A DNA stretch of 64,000 nt from Candidatus Saccharimonadales bacterium. GTDB lineage: Bacteria > Patescibacteriota > Saccharimonadia > Saccharimonadales > 2-12-FULL-41-12. Shown piece by piece: positions 53,794-62,654 of the stretch (positions are counted from its first letter, which is position 1; each line of letters opens with the position of its first letter). The notes beneath the pieces were generated by a model, which had not been told where the DNA came from, did no database searches, and saw only the letters and a program-made list of their open reading frames with translations. Made by a program: the position numbers and the translations under genes. The DNA lies in assembly GCA_025451045.1 (NCBI GenBank), contig JANWLD010000003.1, positions 5,690 through 69,689 of the forward strand, read 5' to 3'.

Positions 53794-54864
53794 ATGGAAG
53801 AGATCGATAATATTAGAAAAAATATTGACGAGATAGATGATGAGATTTTGACGTTGCTTAATAAACGGGTTGAGTGGGCTTTGAAAATAAAAAAGACAAG
53901 CCTTGGCAAAACGCCTATCAGACCGGAACGCGAAGCCAACATCGTACGCGACAAGACCGAAAAAAATCAAGGCCCGTTACCTAATACGGCAGTCAGGGAA
54001 ATTTTCACTCAGATTATAGCTTCGTTCCGCGATGACCTGCAGCTTGATAAGCCGGTAACGGTCAGTTATTTGGGGCCGGCTGGAACTTACAGCGAGGAAG
54101 CGGCGGGCAAACTCTTTGGTAGTACCATAGAACTTCATCCGGAGGAAACGATTAGTGAAGTCGTGCGTGCAGTTGAGAACGGCTCGGTTAATCTAGCCGT
54201 AGTAGCGATTGAAAATTCCAGCGAGGGTGCAGTCAGGGAGACACATCGTTTGCTTCAGTCTACTGACGCTAAGATTGTCGCCGAAATAAGCCTGCCTATT
54301 GTTCATTGCCTGCTTTCAAATGCAGCCGGTTTAGAAGATATAAAGCTCGTGTATGCGCATCCGCAAGCGCTTGGCCAGTGCCGGAACTGGTTGGCGACTC
54401 ATTTGCCAAAAGCAAAGCAAATACCGTGTGCCAGCAATTCGGCGGCGGCGGAACTAGCCGCAGAAAAGGAAAATTCAGCCGCTGTGGCCAGCCAAAAAGC
54501 CAGCGAAATTTACCAGCTTAAAATCATAGAAAAAGGCATAAACGACCAGCCGGGCAACGAAACCCGATTCATAGCTCTGGGCAATTTACAAACCCGGCCG
54601 ACCGGCCATGACAAGACTTCGATATTAGTGGTAGCCAATGACAAGCCGGGAGCACTTCATGAACTGCTGGGAATTTTGGCGGATGCCGGCATTACGATGA
54701 CCCGTCTGGAATCGCAGCCTTACAGAAAAGGCCAGTATGCTTTTTATATAGATTTTGTCGGCCATATCAAAGACGCGCCAGTAGCCGAAGCCATAAGCCG
54801 GATAGATAAGTCTGCGCGCATCTGCCAGGTCCTAGGGTCTTACCCAATGGAAATTGAGGGATAA
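53794..54864 (+). CDS. pheA: Bifunctional chorismate mutase / prephenate dehydratase (P-protein)
   Basis: N-terminal CM_2 helix (IRKNIDEIDDEILTLLNKR), PDT core, and C-terminal ACT (TSILVVANDKPGALHELL). Confidence 0.85.
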   Translation: MEEIDNIRKNIDEIDDEILTLLNKRVEWALKIKKTSLGKTPIRPEREANIVRDKTEKNQGPLPNTAVREIFTQIIASFRDDLQLDKPVTVSYLGPAGTYSEEAAGKLFGSTIELHPEETISEVVRAVENGSVNLAVVAIENSSEGAVRETHRLLQSTDAKIVAEISLPIVHCLLSNAAGLEDIKLVYAHPQALGQCRNWLATHLPKAKQIPCASNSAAAELAAEKENSAAVASQKASEIYQLKIIEKGINDQPGNETRFIALGNLQTRPTGHDKTSILVVANDKPGALHELLGILADAGITMTRLESQPYRKGQYAFYIDFVGHIKDAPVAEAISRIDKSARICQVLGSYPMEIEG

Positions 54865-55766
54865 TGCCGGCTTTCAAACCTTATCCTTACGCTTACTTCC
54901 AGAAAAAAGTTGTGCCTATTGAAAATGCGCAAATTTCAATTATGACCAACGGGCTTCATTATGGCGTCGGGATTTACGGCGGTTTTAAAGCCTATGAGAC
55001 CAACGACGGCGTCAAAATTTTCCGGCTTGACGATCACTTGCAACGGATGAAAAACAGCGTCGGGATACTTAATTTCCCATTTGAATTCGATGTGGAAGAA
55101 ACCAAGAAAACTGTGCTAGAGCTTGCCGCGAAAAATAAGCTAACAAGCGTATCTTATATAAGACCGCTGATATACCGCTCGGACATAGTACTGTCGCCTG
55201 ATATTGCAGGAGAGTATGATTTAGCAATATACATGATGCATATGCCGGACTATTTTGATTCTGCCAAAGGCCTGGATGTGTGCGTATCCAGCTGGCAGCG
55301 CAATAGCGATAACGCTATTCCGCCGCGGACGAAAGCTACCGGCGGATACATCAATTCGGCCTTAGCCATCAATGATGCTCATGCAGCCGGTTATGATTCG
55401 GCAATCATGCTTGATTCGCGCGGAAACGTCAGCGAGGGCGCTGTAATGAACATATTTTTGGTCAAGAAAGGCAAATTGATAACGCCTTCTAGCGATAGCG
55501 ATATCTTAGAAGGCATAACCCGAAAGACAATAATCGAACTAGCCAAAGAAATGGGCATAGAGCTTGAGGAGAGGATTGTAGACAGAAGCGAGCTCTATAC
55601 GGCTGAAGAAGTGTTCTTTACCGGCACGGCAGCGAATGTTACCTGGTGTAAATCCATAGACAAAACCGAAATTGGCAAAACAATCGGCCCAGTTACCAAA
55701 AAACTGGCAACCGCCTTTGACAATTTAGTTGAAACCCACCCACAGTATTTTACGAAAGTAAGCTAG
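54864..55766 (+). CDS. ilvE: Class IV aminotransferase (branched-chain amino-acid aminotransferase-like)
   Basis: 300 aa. Fold-type IV pattern (...EGAVMNIF..., ILEGITR). ATG overlaps the pheA stop. Confidence 0.8.
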   Translation: MPAFKPYPYAYFQKKVVPIENAQISIMTNGLHYGVGIYGGFKAYETNDGVKIFRLDDHLQRMKNSVGILNFPFEFDVEETKKTVLELAAKNKLTSVSYIRPLIYRSDIVLSPDIAGEYDLAIYMMHMPDYFDSAKGLDVCVSSWQRNSDNAIPPRTKATGGYINSALAINDAHAAGYDSAIMLDSRGNVSEGAVMNIFLVKKGKLITPSSDSDILEGITRKTIIELAKEMGIELEERIVDRSELYTAEEVFFTGTAANVTWCKSIDKTEIGKTIGPVTKKLATAFDNLVETHPQYFTKVS

Positions 55767-56173
55767 AGGTGAGGATCGCCTAGGGCCGAACCTTCGCCTC
55801 GTTTGGCAGCCTCCATAGCTTCCTCTATGGTAGTTTCTCCTCTTTCTATAGGACCTAGCTTAACGGTCGATTCTGTGATAGCCTCTGCTTCATGGCCCTC
55901 AGCCTCCAGAGCCTCTTTTACTTTGTGCACTTGTTCGTCCTCTCTTAACCTTTTTGTTTTTTCCTCGTTATATATATTTGCGCCTATGACAGTACGGCCT
56001 TCACTCCCTTCATACGATAGCGTATAAGTTCCAAGGTCATCGGCTATTTTTTCAGCTTTTTCTTTGTCTAGAGTTGGATGAACCATAATTTCGCTCCATC
56101 TGGACGGGCCATAAGATTCGCCTAGTGCTACTTTGTGTTTTGTCATTTCAGTTTCTTTTGTTTTTGAACTCAT
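55763..56173 (-). CDS. Hypothetical acidic protein (136 aa from the preferred start)
   Basis: ORF track gives 148 aa (start 56209). However, a TTGACA-17-TAACGT promoter occupies 56209-56181, so the ATG at 56173 (MSSKTKE...) is preferred. Confidence 0.5.
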   Translation of the reverse strand: MSSKTKETEMTKHKVALGESYGPSRWSEIMVHPTLDKEKAEKIADDLGTYTLSYEGSEGRTVIGANIYNEEKTKRLREDEQVHKVKEALEAEGHEAEAITESTVKLGPIERGETTIEEAMEAAKRGEGSALGDPHL

Positions 56174-56180
56174 AACCATT

Positions 56181-56209
56181 ACGTTAGCATAAACGGTTAA
56201 AATTGTCAA
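56181..56209 (-). promoter_or_regulatory. Promoter for the 55763-56173 gene
   Basis: Minus strand TTGACA-17 nt-TAACGT. The last -10 base is 8 nt before the ATG at 56173. Confidence 0.45.
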
Positions 56210-56231
56210 GGCTAGGCTATACTGTTAAGTA

Positions 56232-57005
56232 ATGGCTTATTCCAGCAGAGGTGTCCCATACAAACCGGGACAAAAAGAAATATACAAACTATCGCGCTCT
56301 AAAATAGAGCTGTTCATGCAGTGCCCGCGTTGTTTTTGGCTGGATGTGCGCCAGAAAATTCGCCGGCCTTCCGGTCCGCCGTTCAATATCAACAAAGCTA
56401 TCGACGAACTGTTCAAAAAAGAGTTCGATCATTTCCGTCAGCAAAAAAAACCGCATCCGCTGATGAGCAAGAACAAGATCCAGGCCATTCCTTTTATGCA
56501 CGAGCATCTGGACAAGTGGCGGCATAACTTTACCGGTGTTTCTACAGACCATAAACCAACTAGCCTTCATATTTACGGCGCGGTTGATGATGTGTGGGTA
56601 AATAAAAAAGAAGAATTGATAGTCGTGGACTACAAAGCGACGTCGAAAAACGCGGAAATTACTCTGGATGCTGATTGGCAGATTAGCTATAAACGCCAGA
56701 TGGAAATATACCAATGGTTGCTTCGCCAAAATGGTTTCAAGGTCCAGGACAGAGGATATTTTGTCTATACTAATGCGCGGATGGATCTGGACGGATTTGA
56801 TGATAAGTTGGAATTTAAGACCAAAGTCATTGAATACGAAGGCAATACCGATTGGGTGGAGCCGGTCATTTTAAAAATGAAAGAATGCATAGACGGCAAT
56901 ATGCCGGAAGTCGGCACGGCGGCCATGGGCGGCCCCTGTGATTTTTGCACCTATGCCAAATCCCGAACCGAATTGACGCTAAAACATTTGGATAAAAAGG
57001 TATAA
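56232..57005 (+). CDS. PD-(D/E)XK nuclease, Cas4/RecB-like with Cys cluster
   Basis: N-terminal CPRC. GAVDDV...VVDYK (D...DxK). QMEIYQW (QxxxY). C-terminal C...CDFC. Confidence 0.7.
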   Translation: MAYSSRGVPYKPGQKEIYKLSRSKIELFMQCPRCFWLDVRQKIRRPSGPPFNINKAIDELFKKEFDHFRQQKKPHPLMSKNKIQAIPFMHEHLDKWRHNFTGVSTDHKPTSLHIYGAVDDVWVNKKEELIVVDYKATSKNAEITLDADWQISYKRQMEIYQWLLRQNGFKVQDRGYFVYTNARMDLDGFDDKLEFKTKVIEYEGNTDWVEPVILKMKECIDGNMPEVGTAAMGGPCDFCTYAKSRTELTLKHLDKKV

Positions 57006-57013
57006 TAAATCCG

Positions 57014-58309
57014 ATGTTAAATATCCAATTCATCCGGGAAAACCCAAAGCTAGTCGAGGAAAAATCGACTCAAAAAAATATCAAAGTCGACATTGGTAAA
57101 CTGCTTAAAACGGATGAATCCCGTCGTAAGTTATTACAAGAAATAGAAAAACTACGAGCTGATCGCAACGAACTAACTGCTCAGAGCAAAGGCCAAAAGC
57201 CAAGCGACGTGTTAATTAAAAAAGGCAAAGACCTTCGCGAACAAATAGAAAAACTGGAATCGGAGCTTAAAAAAACTGAAGTAGCTTTTAAGCAACTTCT
57301 TGAAAGCGTACCAAACATCCCGCTAGATGATGTGCCGGTCGGTAAATCTGAAGCCGAAAATAAAGTCATGGCAACCGTAGGTAAAAAACCCGAATTTGAT
57401 TTTAAGCCTAAAACCCATGTTGAAATCGGGGTCACGAAAGGCTGGATAGACAAAGAGAGAGCGGCTAAGGTTGCCGGCTCGCGCTTTGTTTATATAAAAG
57501 GCGATCTGGCCAAACTAGAATTTGCGCTGATGCAGTTTGGCGTTGACTGCCTGACAGATGAAAATTTCATAAAAGGCGTGGTAGAAGAAAACAAGCTGAA
57601 AGCAAGCACCAAGCCGTTTTCATTCGTCTTGCCGCCTGCACTGGCTAAGACCGAAGTTTATGAAGCTACTGCCCGGCTAGATAAAGAAGAAACGACCTAT
57701 AAACTGGCCGATGATGAACTATGGCTTAACGCTAGCGCCGAACATACGCTGGTGGCGATGCATTTGGATGAAACTTTTGACGCGAAAGAACTGCCCGCGC
57801 GCTACCTTGGCTACACCACGGCTTTTCGTCGCGAGGCAGGGTCTTATGGCAAGGACATAGAAGGTATTATCCGGCTGCATCAATTTAACAAATTGGAAAT
57901 GGAGAGCTTTACCACCAGTGATGATGGACTGAATGAGCATATTTTGCTAACAATGCTCCAGCGAAAGTTGATGGAAGAGCTGGAAATCCCATATCAGCTG
58001 ATTCAAAAATGCACGGCCGATATCGGCGGGCCGAATGCCAGCGGCTGGGATATCAACGCTTGGATGGCCGGACAGGATAGATACGTGGAAACACATACCG
58101 CGGATTATGTGACCGATTATCAGGCCCGTAGACTGAAGACCAAGTATAAAACAGATGATGGAAAGACTGAATTTGTCCATACTAATGACGCAACAGCCTT
58201 TGCCCAGCGTCCATTAATAGCAATTATCGAGAATAACCAGACTAAGGATGGCGATGTGGTTATTCCTAAAGCACTCCAAAAATATATGGGCGGCCAAGAA
58301 ACCATATGA
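57014..58309 (+). CDS. serS: Seryl-tRNA synthetase
   Basis: N-terminal coiled-coil arm. Class II core (FRREAGSYGKD, RLHQFNKLEM). Confidence 0.9.
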   Translation: MLNIQFIRENPKLVEEKSTQKNIKVDIGKLLKTDESRRKLLQEIEKLRADRNELTAQSKGQKPSDVLIKKGKDLREQIEKLESELKKTEVAFKQLLESVPNIPLDDVPVGKSEAENKVMATVGKKPEFDFKPKTHVEIGVTKGWIDKERAAKVAGSRFVYIKGDLAKLEFALMQFGVDCLTDENFIKGVVEENKLKASTKPFSFVLPPALAKTEVYEATARLDKEETTYKLADDELWLNASAEHTLVAMHLDETFDAKELPARYLGYTTAFRREAGSYGKDIEGIIRLHQFNKLEMESFTTSDDGLNEHILLTMLQRKLMEELEIPYQLIQKCTADIGGPNASGWDINAWMAGQDRYVETHTADYVTDYQARRLKTKYKTDDGKTEFVHTNDATAFAQRPLIAIIENNQTKDGDVVIPKALQKYMGGQETI

Positions 58310-58671
58310 TAAAAAATATCCAGATTGCCGGTCTCCATACTAAATTGACAGTAGAAGAAGAGAAATATGTAACGAAAAAAATCGGCCCGATGGACAGATA
58401 TATTCCTAAAAAAGCCCGGCAAAGCGTCCATACGGAGGTCAAATTAAAAAAAGAAAAATCTAAAGACAAAGCAAAATTTACTTGTGAAATAATTATGCAT
58501 CTGCCACACGGTTCAATAACCGTGCATGAAAAAGCGACTACCATGTTCGCAGCGATTGATTTGGCAGAGGACAAATTGAAAATCCAAATAATAAAGTACA
58601 AAGAAAAACACGCCGGTCCGCGAATACACCGCAAACTTATAGCTAAGTTCGCCCGAAATAAAAAAAGATAA
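58306..58671 (+). CDS. hpf: Ribosome hibernation promoting factor (short HPF/RaiA)
   Basis: S30AE/sigma54-modulation pattern (...MFAAIDLAEDKLKIQIIKYKEK). ATGA overlap with serS. Confidence 0.8.
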   Translation: MIKNIQIAGLHTKLTVEEEKYVTKKIGPMDRYIPKKARQSVHTEVKLKKEKSKDKAKFTCEIIMHLPHGSITVHEKATTMFAAIDLAEDKLKIQIIKYKEKHAGPRIHRKLIAKFARNKKR

Positions 58672-58744
58672 AACCTTAGTCACAACCAGTAGTTTTGCGG
58701 TACAATATATTATCGTAACTTTTGGGAGAAAATCAGTTTAATTT

Positions 58745-61345
58745 ATGAAAAAAGTTTTAAAACGCGTACTCGGTGACCCGCAGGCCAGAACAGTTAAAAA
58801 GCTTACCAAACGCGTCAGCGAAATTAATAGGCTAGAAGATAAATACAAAAAATTATCTGATGCCAAGCTTAAATCCCAAACCGATATTTTAAAGAAACGC
58901 CTGGAAAAAGAATCGCTGGATAATATCCTGCCAGATGCTTTCGCGGTTGTGCGGGAAACAGCTCGCCGGACATTGGGCCAACGTCACTTCGATGTCCAGC
59001 TTATCGGCGGCATGGGGCTGCATATGGGCGCGGTTACCGAAATGAAAACCGGTGAAGGGAAGACGCTGGTTGCCACCGCTCCGGTCTATCTAAATGCTTT
59101 GACGGGCAAAGGCGTCCATGTAGTCACAGTCAATGATTATCTGGCTCAGCGCGATGCCGGCTGGATGGGGCAGGTTTATCACAGGCTCGGCCTTTCTACC
59201 GGTGTTATTATTGCCGAACAGTCATTTATCTTTGACCCGAAATATAACAATAAAGACCACGAAGACGAGCGCATAAAGCAGCTAAAACCATGCACTCGGC
59301 AGGAGGCTTACGGCGCCGATATAACTTATGGGACCAACAATGAATTCGGCTTTGACTATCTGCGCGACAATATGGTTCGCGAAGTCGACCAGTTGCGCCA
59401 GCGCGACCTGCACTTTGCTATCGTTGACGAAGTTGACTCGATTCTTATCGACGAGGCCCGAACGCCGCTTATCATCTCCGCGCCCTCAACTGCCAGCAGT
59501 ACTTCATACCAGCAATTTGCCAAAGTTATTCGCTCGCTTGAACGCGATAAGCATTATGAAGTCGATGAAAAACTTAAACAGGTAGCATTGAACGATGAAG
59601 GAATAGACAAAATTGAAAAAACTTTGGGGGTCAACAATCTTTACGGGACGGCCAATATCCGGACAATTTACCATTTGGATAAAGCCCTGCGGGCCCAGGC
59701 GCTCTTCAAGCGGGACAAAGATTACGTTGTAACCAAGGAGGGTGAAATCGTAATTGTTGACGAGTTCACCGGCCGGTTACTCCCCGGTCGGCGCTATAAC
59801 GAGGGTTTGCACCAGGCAATTGAAGCTAAAGAAAACGTCGAGATTCAGGAAGAATCCCAAACGTTGGCGACCATCAGTTTCCAGAATTATTTCCGGTTAT
59901 ATGACAAACTTTCCGGCATGACCGGTACGGCACTTACTGAAGCCGAAGAATTCCATATGATATACAAGCTCGAAACTCTGGAAATCCCACCAAACAGGAA
60001 GCTTGTCAGACTTGATAGGCCGGACAGGATTTATAAGACTGAAGCGGCCAAGTTTCAAGCGATAATCAAAGAAGTCGGAGAGCTGAACAAAAAAGGCCAG
60101 CCGGTACTTATTGGTACGGTCTCGGTGGAAAAAAACGAGATACTATCCAATCTGCTGAAAAAAGCCAAGATTCCACATCAAGTATTAAATGCCAAAAATA
60201 ATGAGCGCGAAGCGGCAATTATTGCCAAAGCCGGAAGTAAAGGCGCCATTACGCTGGCGACCAACATCGCCGGACGCGGTACGGACATCGTGCTGGATGA
60301 ACAAGCCAAAAAGGCTGGCGGACTGTTTGTCTTGGGTAGTGAGCGGCACGAAGCCCGGCGTATTGATAACCAGTTACGTGGCCGTTCAGGCCGGCAGGGT
60401 GATCCTGGCGAGACCCAGTTCTTTGTATCGTGCGAAGACGATTTGATGCGGATTTTCGGCGGGGAAAAAATCTTGCGTGTCATGGACCGACTTAAAGTTG
60501 ATGACGAAACACCGATAGAAAATCGGATTATCAGCAAAAGCCTGGAAGGGGCGCAAAAGAAGGTTGAAGGGTTTAACTTCGATACGCGCAAAAACGTGGT
60601 CAAATATGATGACGTGATGAATCGCCATCGCAAAGCTACTTATATAATGCGCGATGAGATTCTACGGCAGGCCGATATTAGCAAACGGGTTAGGGAGTTT
60701 ATTGATTCTGAAGCCAAAGATATGGCAGCTTCGGGACTGAGTATGGGCGAAAAATTTGAAGATTTCCTAAAAGAAGTTTTTCCTTTTGAAGAAGATGTAC
60801 TGGATAAGCTGTTCGATAATCCGCCAGAAAAGTTTGAACTGGCCCTTAAAAAGCAAGTTGATAAAAGCTATACGGAGCAGGAAAAAAGATTCACAGCCGA
60901 AGTATTACGCAAGATAGAGCGCGATGTTTATTTGCAGATTTTAGATAATTTTTGGATGCAACACCTGGAAAATATGGAACATTTGCGCGAAGGCATACAT
61001 TGGGTCGGTGTTGGCCAGAAAGACCCGCTGGTCGAATACCGCCGCCAGGCCCAGCATATCTTTGAGCAGATGCAAATAGATTTGCGCCATGATGTAGTCC
61101 GCGCCTTATTCCATGCCCGTCCGGTGGATGTTAGCGACCAGCCAATTGAAACAGAGCTGACCCGCGCGGCTAGAAGTTCCGTTGATAATGCCGATAAAGT
61201 TGTAGAAACCGAAGAATTCAAAGAAACCGATTTTGTCAGCGCGTCGGCGGATGAAAAAGAAGTCAAAAAAGCTCATAACAAGCGCAAAAAGGCTCGGAAA
61301 GCGGAACGCCAGCGCAGGAAGAAAGGAAAAAAGAAGAAAAAATAG
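58745..61345 (+). CDS. secA: Preprotein translocase ATPase SecA
   Basis: MKTGEGKT, VDEVDSILIDEARTPLIIS, 866 aa. Lys/Arg-rich C-terminal tail. Confidence 0.95.
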   Translation: MKKVLKRVLGDPQARTVKKLTKRVSEINRLEDKYKKLSDAKLKSQTDILKKRLEKESLDNILPDAFAVVRETARRTLGQRHFDVQLIGGMGLHMGAVTEMKTGEGKTLVATAPVYLNALTGKGVHVVTVNDYLAQRDAGWMGQVYHRLGLSTGVIIAEQSFIFDPKYNNKDHEDERIKQLKPCTRQEAYGADITYGTNNEFGFDYLRDNMVREVDQLRQRDLHFAIVDEVDSILIDEARTPLIISAPSTASSTSYQQFAKVIRSLERDKHYEVDEKLKQVALNDEGIDKIEKTLGVNNLYGTANIRTIYHLDKALRAQALFKRDKDYVVTKEGEIVIVDEFTGRLLPGRRYNEGLHQAIEAKENVEIQEESQTLATISFQNYFRLYDKLSGMTGTALTEAEEFHMIYKLETLEIPPNRKLVRLDRPDRIYKTEAAKFQAIIKEVGELNKKGQPVLIGTVSVEKNEILSNLLKKAKIPHQVLNAKNNEREAAIIAKAGSKGAITLATNIAGRGTDIVLDEQAKKAGGLFVLGSERHEARRIDNQLRGRSGRQGDPGETQFFVSCEDDLMRIFGGEKILRVMDRLKVDDETPIENRIISKSLEGAQKKVEGFNFDTRKNVVKYDDVMNRHRKATYIMRDEILRQADISKRVREFIDSEAKDMAASGLSMGEKFEDFLKEVFPFEEDVLDKLFDNPPEKFELALKKQVDKSYTEQEKRFTAEVLRKIERDVYLQILDNFWMQHLENMEHLREGIHWVGVGQKDPLVEYRRQAQHIFEQMQIDLRHDVVRALFHARPVDVSDQPIETELTRAARSSVDNADKVVETEEFKETDFVSASADEKEVKKAHNKRKKARKAERQRRKKGKKKKK

Positions 61346-61369
61346 GGCGGGCGTCTTTAAAAACCAATA

Positions 61370-62653
61370 ATGAAGCACAGCGTAAGTGAAGTAAAACTAA
61401 GCAACGGTTCAAAGGGGCTGTTAATTCATGTGCCCGATGCGACTGTTATGTCGTTTTATATCAGCTTCCGGGCTGGCGATTATCTGGCGCCGCAGGACAA
61501 ATGGGAGGCGCCACACCTGATGGAGCATCTTATTTTGGACGCCAATGAGGACTTTCCGCGCGGCCGCGATTTTCAGGCCGAGTTTGAACGTAACGGCGCA
61601 TATTCCAACGCCAGCACAAGTACCCATAACATTACCTATGAAGCTGAATGCGCGGATTTCGAGTGGCAACGGATACTCAAATGCATGGTGTTATCGGTTA
61701 CCAAACCGCTGTTTTTAAAAGATGAGTTCCATGCCGAGGTCGGTAACGTCCGCGAGGAACTGGTCTCGCGTTCGAACAGCCATTTCCAGCAGTTGTCATT
61801 AGCGCTCCGCAGTGCTTACGGCCTGACCGCGGCGACCTACCAGAAGCGGCTAGAGATGGTTGATAATGTTACCTTGGAAGACATCATAGAGCATTACAAA
61901 AATACGCATTATGCCAGCAATATGCGTTTCGTCATTGCCGGCAAGATGAACCCAACCCGCCGCGCCCAAATCAAAGCTATTTTGGGCGGTGCGGAATTGC
62001 CCAAAGGCCGCGGTCGAAAGAAACTGCCGCATGAAAAACCGAAAGGACTTAAAACACCGCTTTATATTCCTAACGACACGGTAGAAAATATATACTTTTA
62101 CTTTGATACGTTCATGAAGCGGCGGATGAATGACAAGGAACTGCATGCTGTCAGCTTGGTTAATTCAATGCTGACTGAAACCCTGCATTCGCGCATACTT
62201 GGAGCCGCCCGCGAGAAGGGACTGGTCTATAGTATGAGCTCGAATATCGCTTATGACATTGACTATACCAATTGGTGGTTTGGCGCGCAGGTCCAGCCAA
62301 AGAACGCCAGAGGCTTGTTCGATATTATAATTTCAGAACTGCAAAAGATACACGATGGCAAAATAAGCCCGGAAGATTTAAAGGCCGCCAAACAATACCG
62401 ATTGGGACGGTTCCAACGCAGCGCACAGACTGTTTCAGGCATAGCGGCCGGCTATATGTGGCGTTATTTTTTCGAAGATATCGTCGATGATTACCTGAGT
62501 ACGCCTAAACATATCAAAGCTGTCACCAAACGCCAGATTGTAGATAGCACGCGGGAGTTGTTTGCTGAAAAAAATTGGGGACTGGGCGTGTTAGGCCGCA
62601 ATGACCGCCGTCCGGCCAATCGCCTAGCCGAACAGCTAAGCATCCTTTGGTAG
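61370..62653 (+). CDS. M16-family (pitrilysin/insulinase-like) zinc peptidase
   Basis: Inverted zinc motif HLMEH (HxxEH). 427 aa. Confidence 0.75.
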   Translation: MKHSVSEVKLSNGSKGLLIHVPDATVMSFYISFRAGDYLAPQDKWEAPHLMEHLILDANEDFPRGRDFQAEFERNGAYSNASTSTHNITYEAECADFEWQRILKCMVLSVTKPLFLKDEFHAEVGNVREELVSRSNSHFQQLSLALRSAYGLTAATYQKRLEMVDNVTLEDIIEHYKNTHYASNMRFVIAGKMNPTRRAQIKAILGGAELPKGRGRKKLPHEKPKGLKTPLYIPNDTVENIYFYFDTFMKRRMNDKELHAVSLVNSMLTETLHSRILGAAREKGLVYSMSSNIAYDIDYTNWWFGAQVQPKNARGLFDIIISELQKIHDGKISPEDLKAAKQYRLGRFQRSAQTVSGIAAGYMWRYFFEDIVDDYLSTPKHIKAVTKRQIVDSTRELFAEKNWGLGVLGRNDRRPANRLAEQLSILW

Positions 62654-62654
62654 T

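Noticed and set aside
56174-56209. Longer start (56209) for the 148-aa minus-strand ORF
   Set aside because: A TTGACA-17-TAACGT promoter occupies exactly this stretch, and only 22 nt would separate it from the divergent Cas4-like start. The ATG at 56173 is preferred, though this is unproven.
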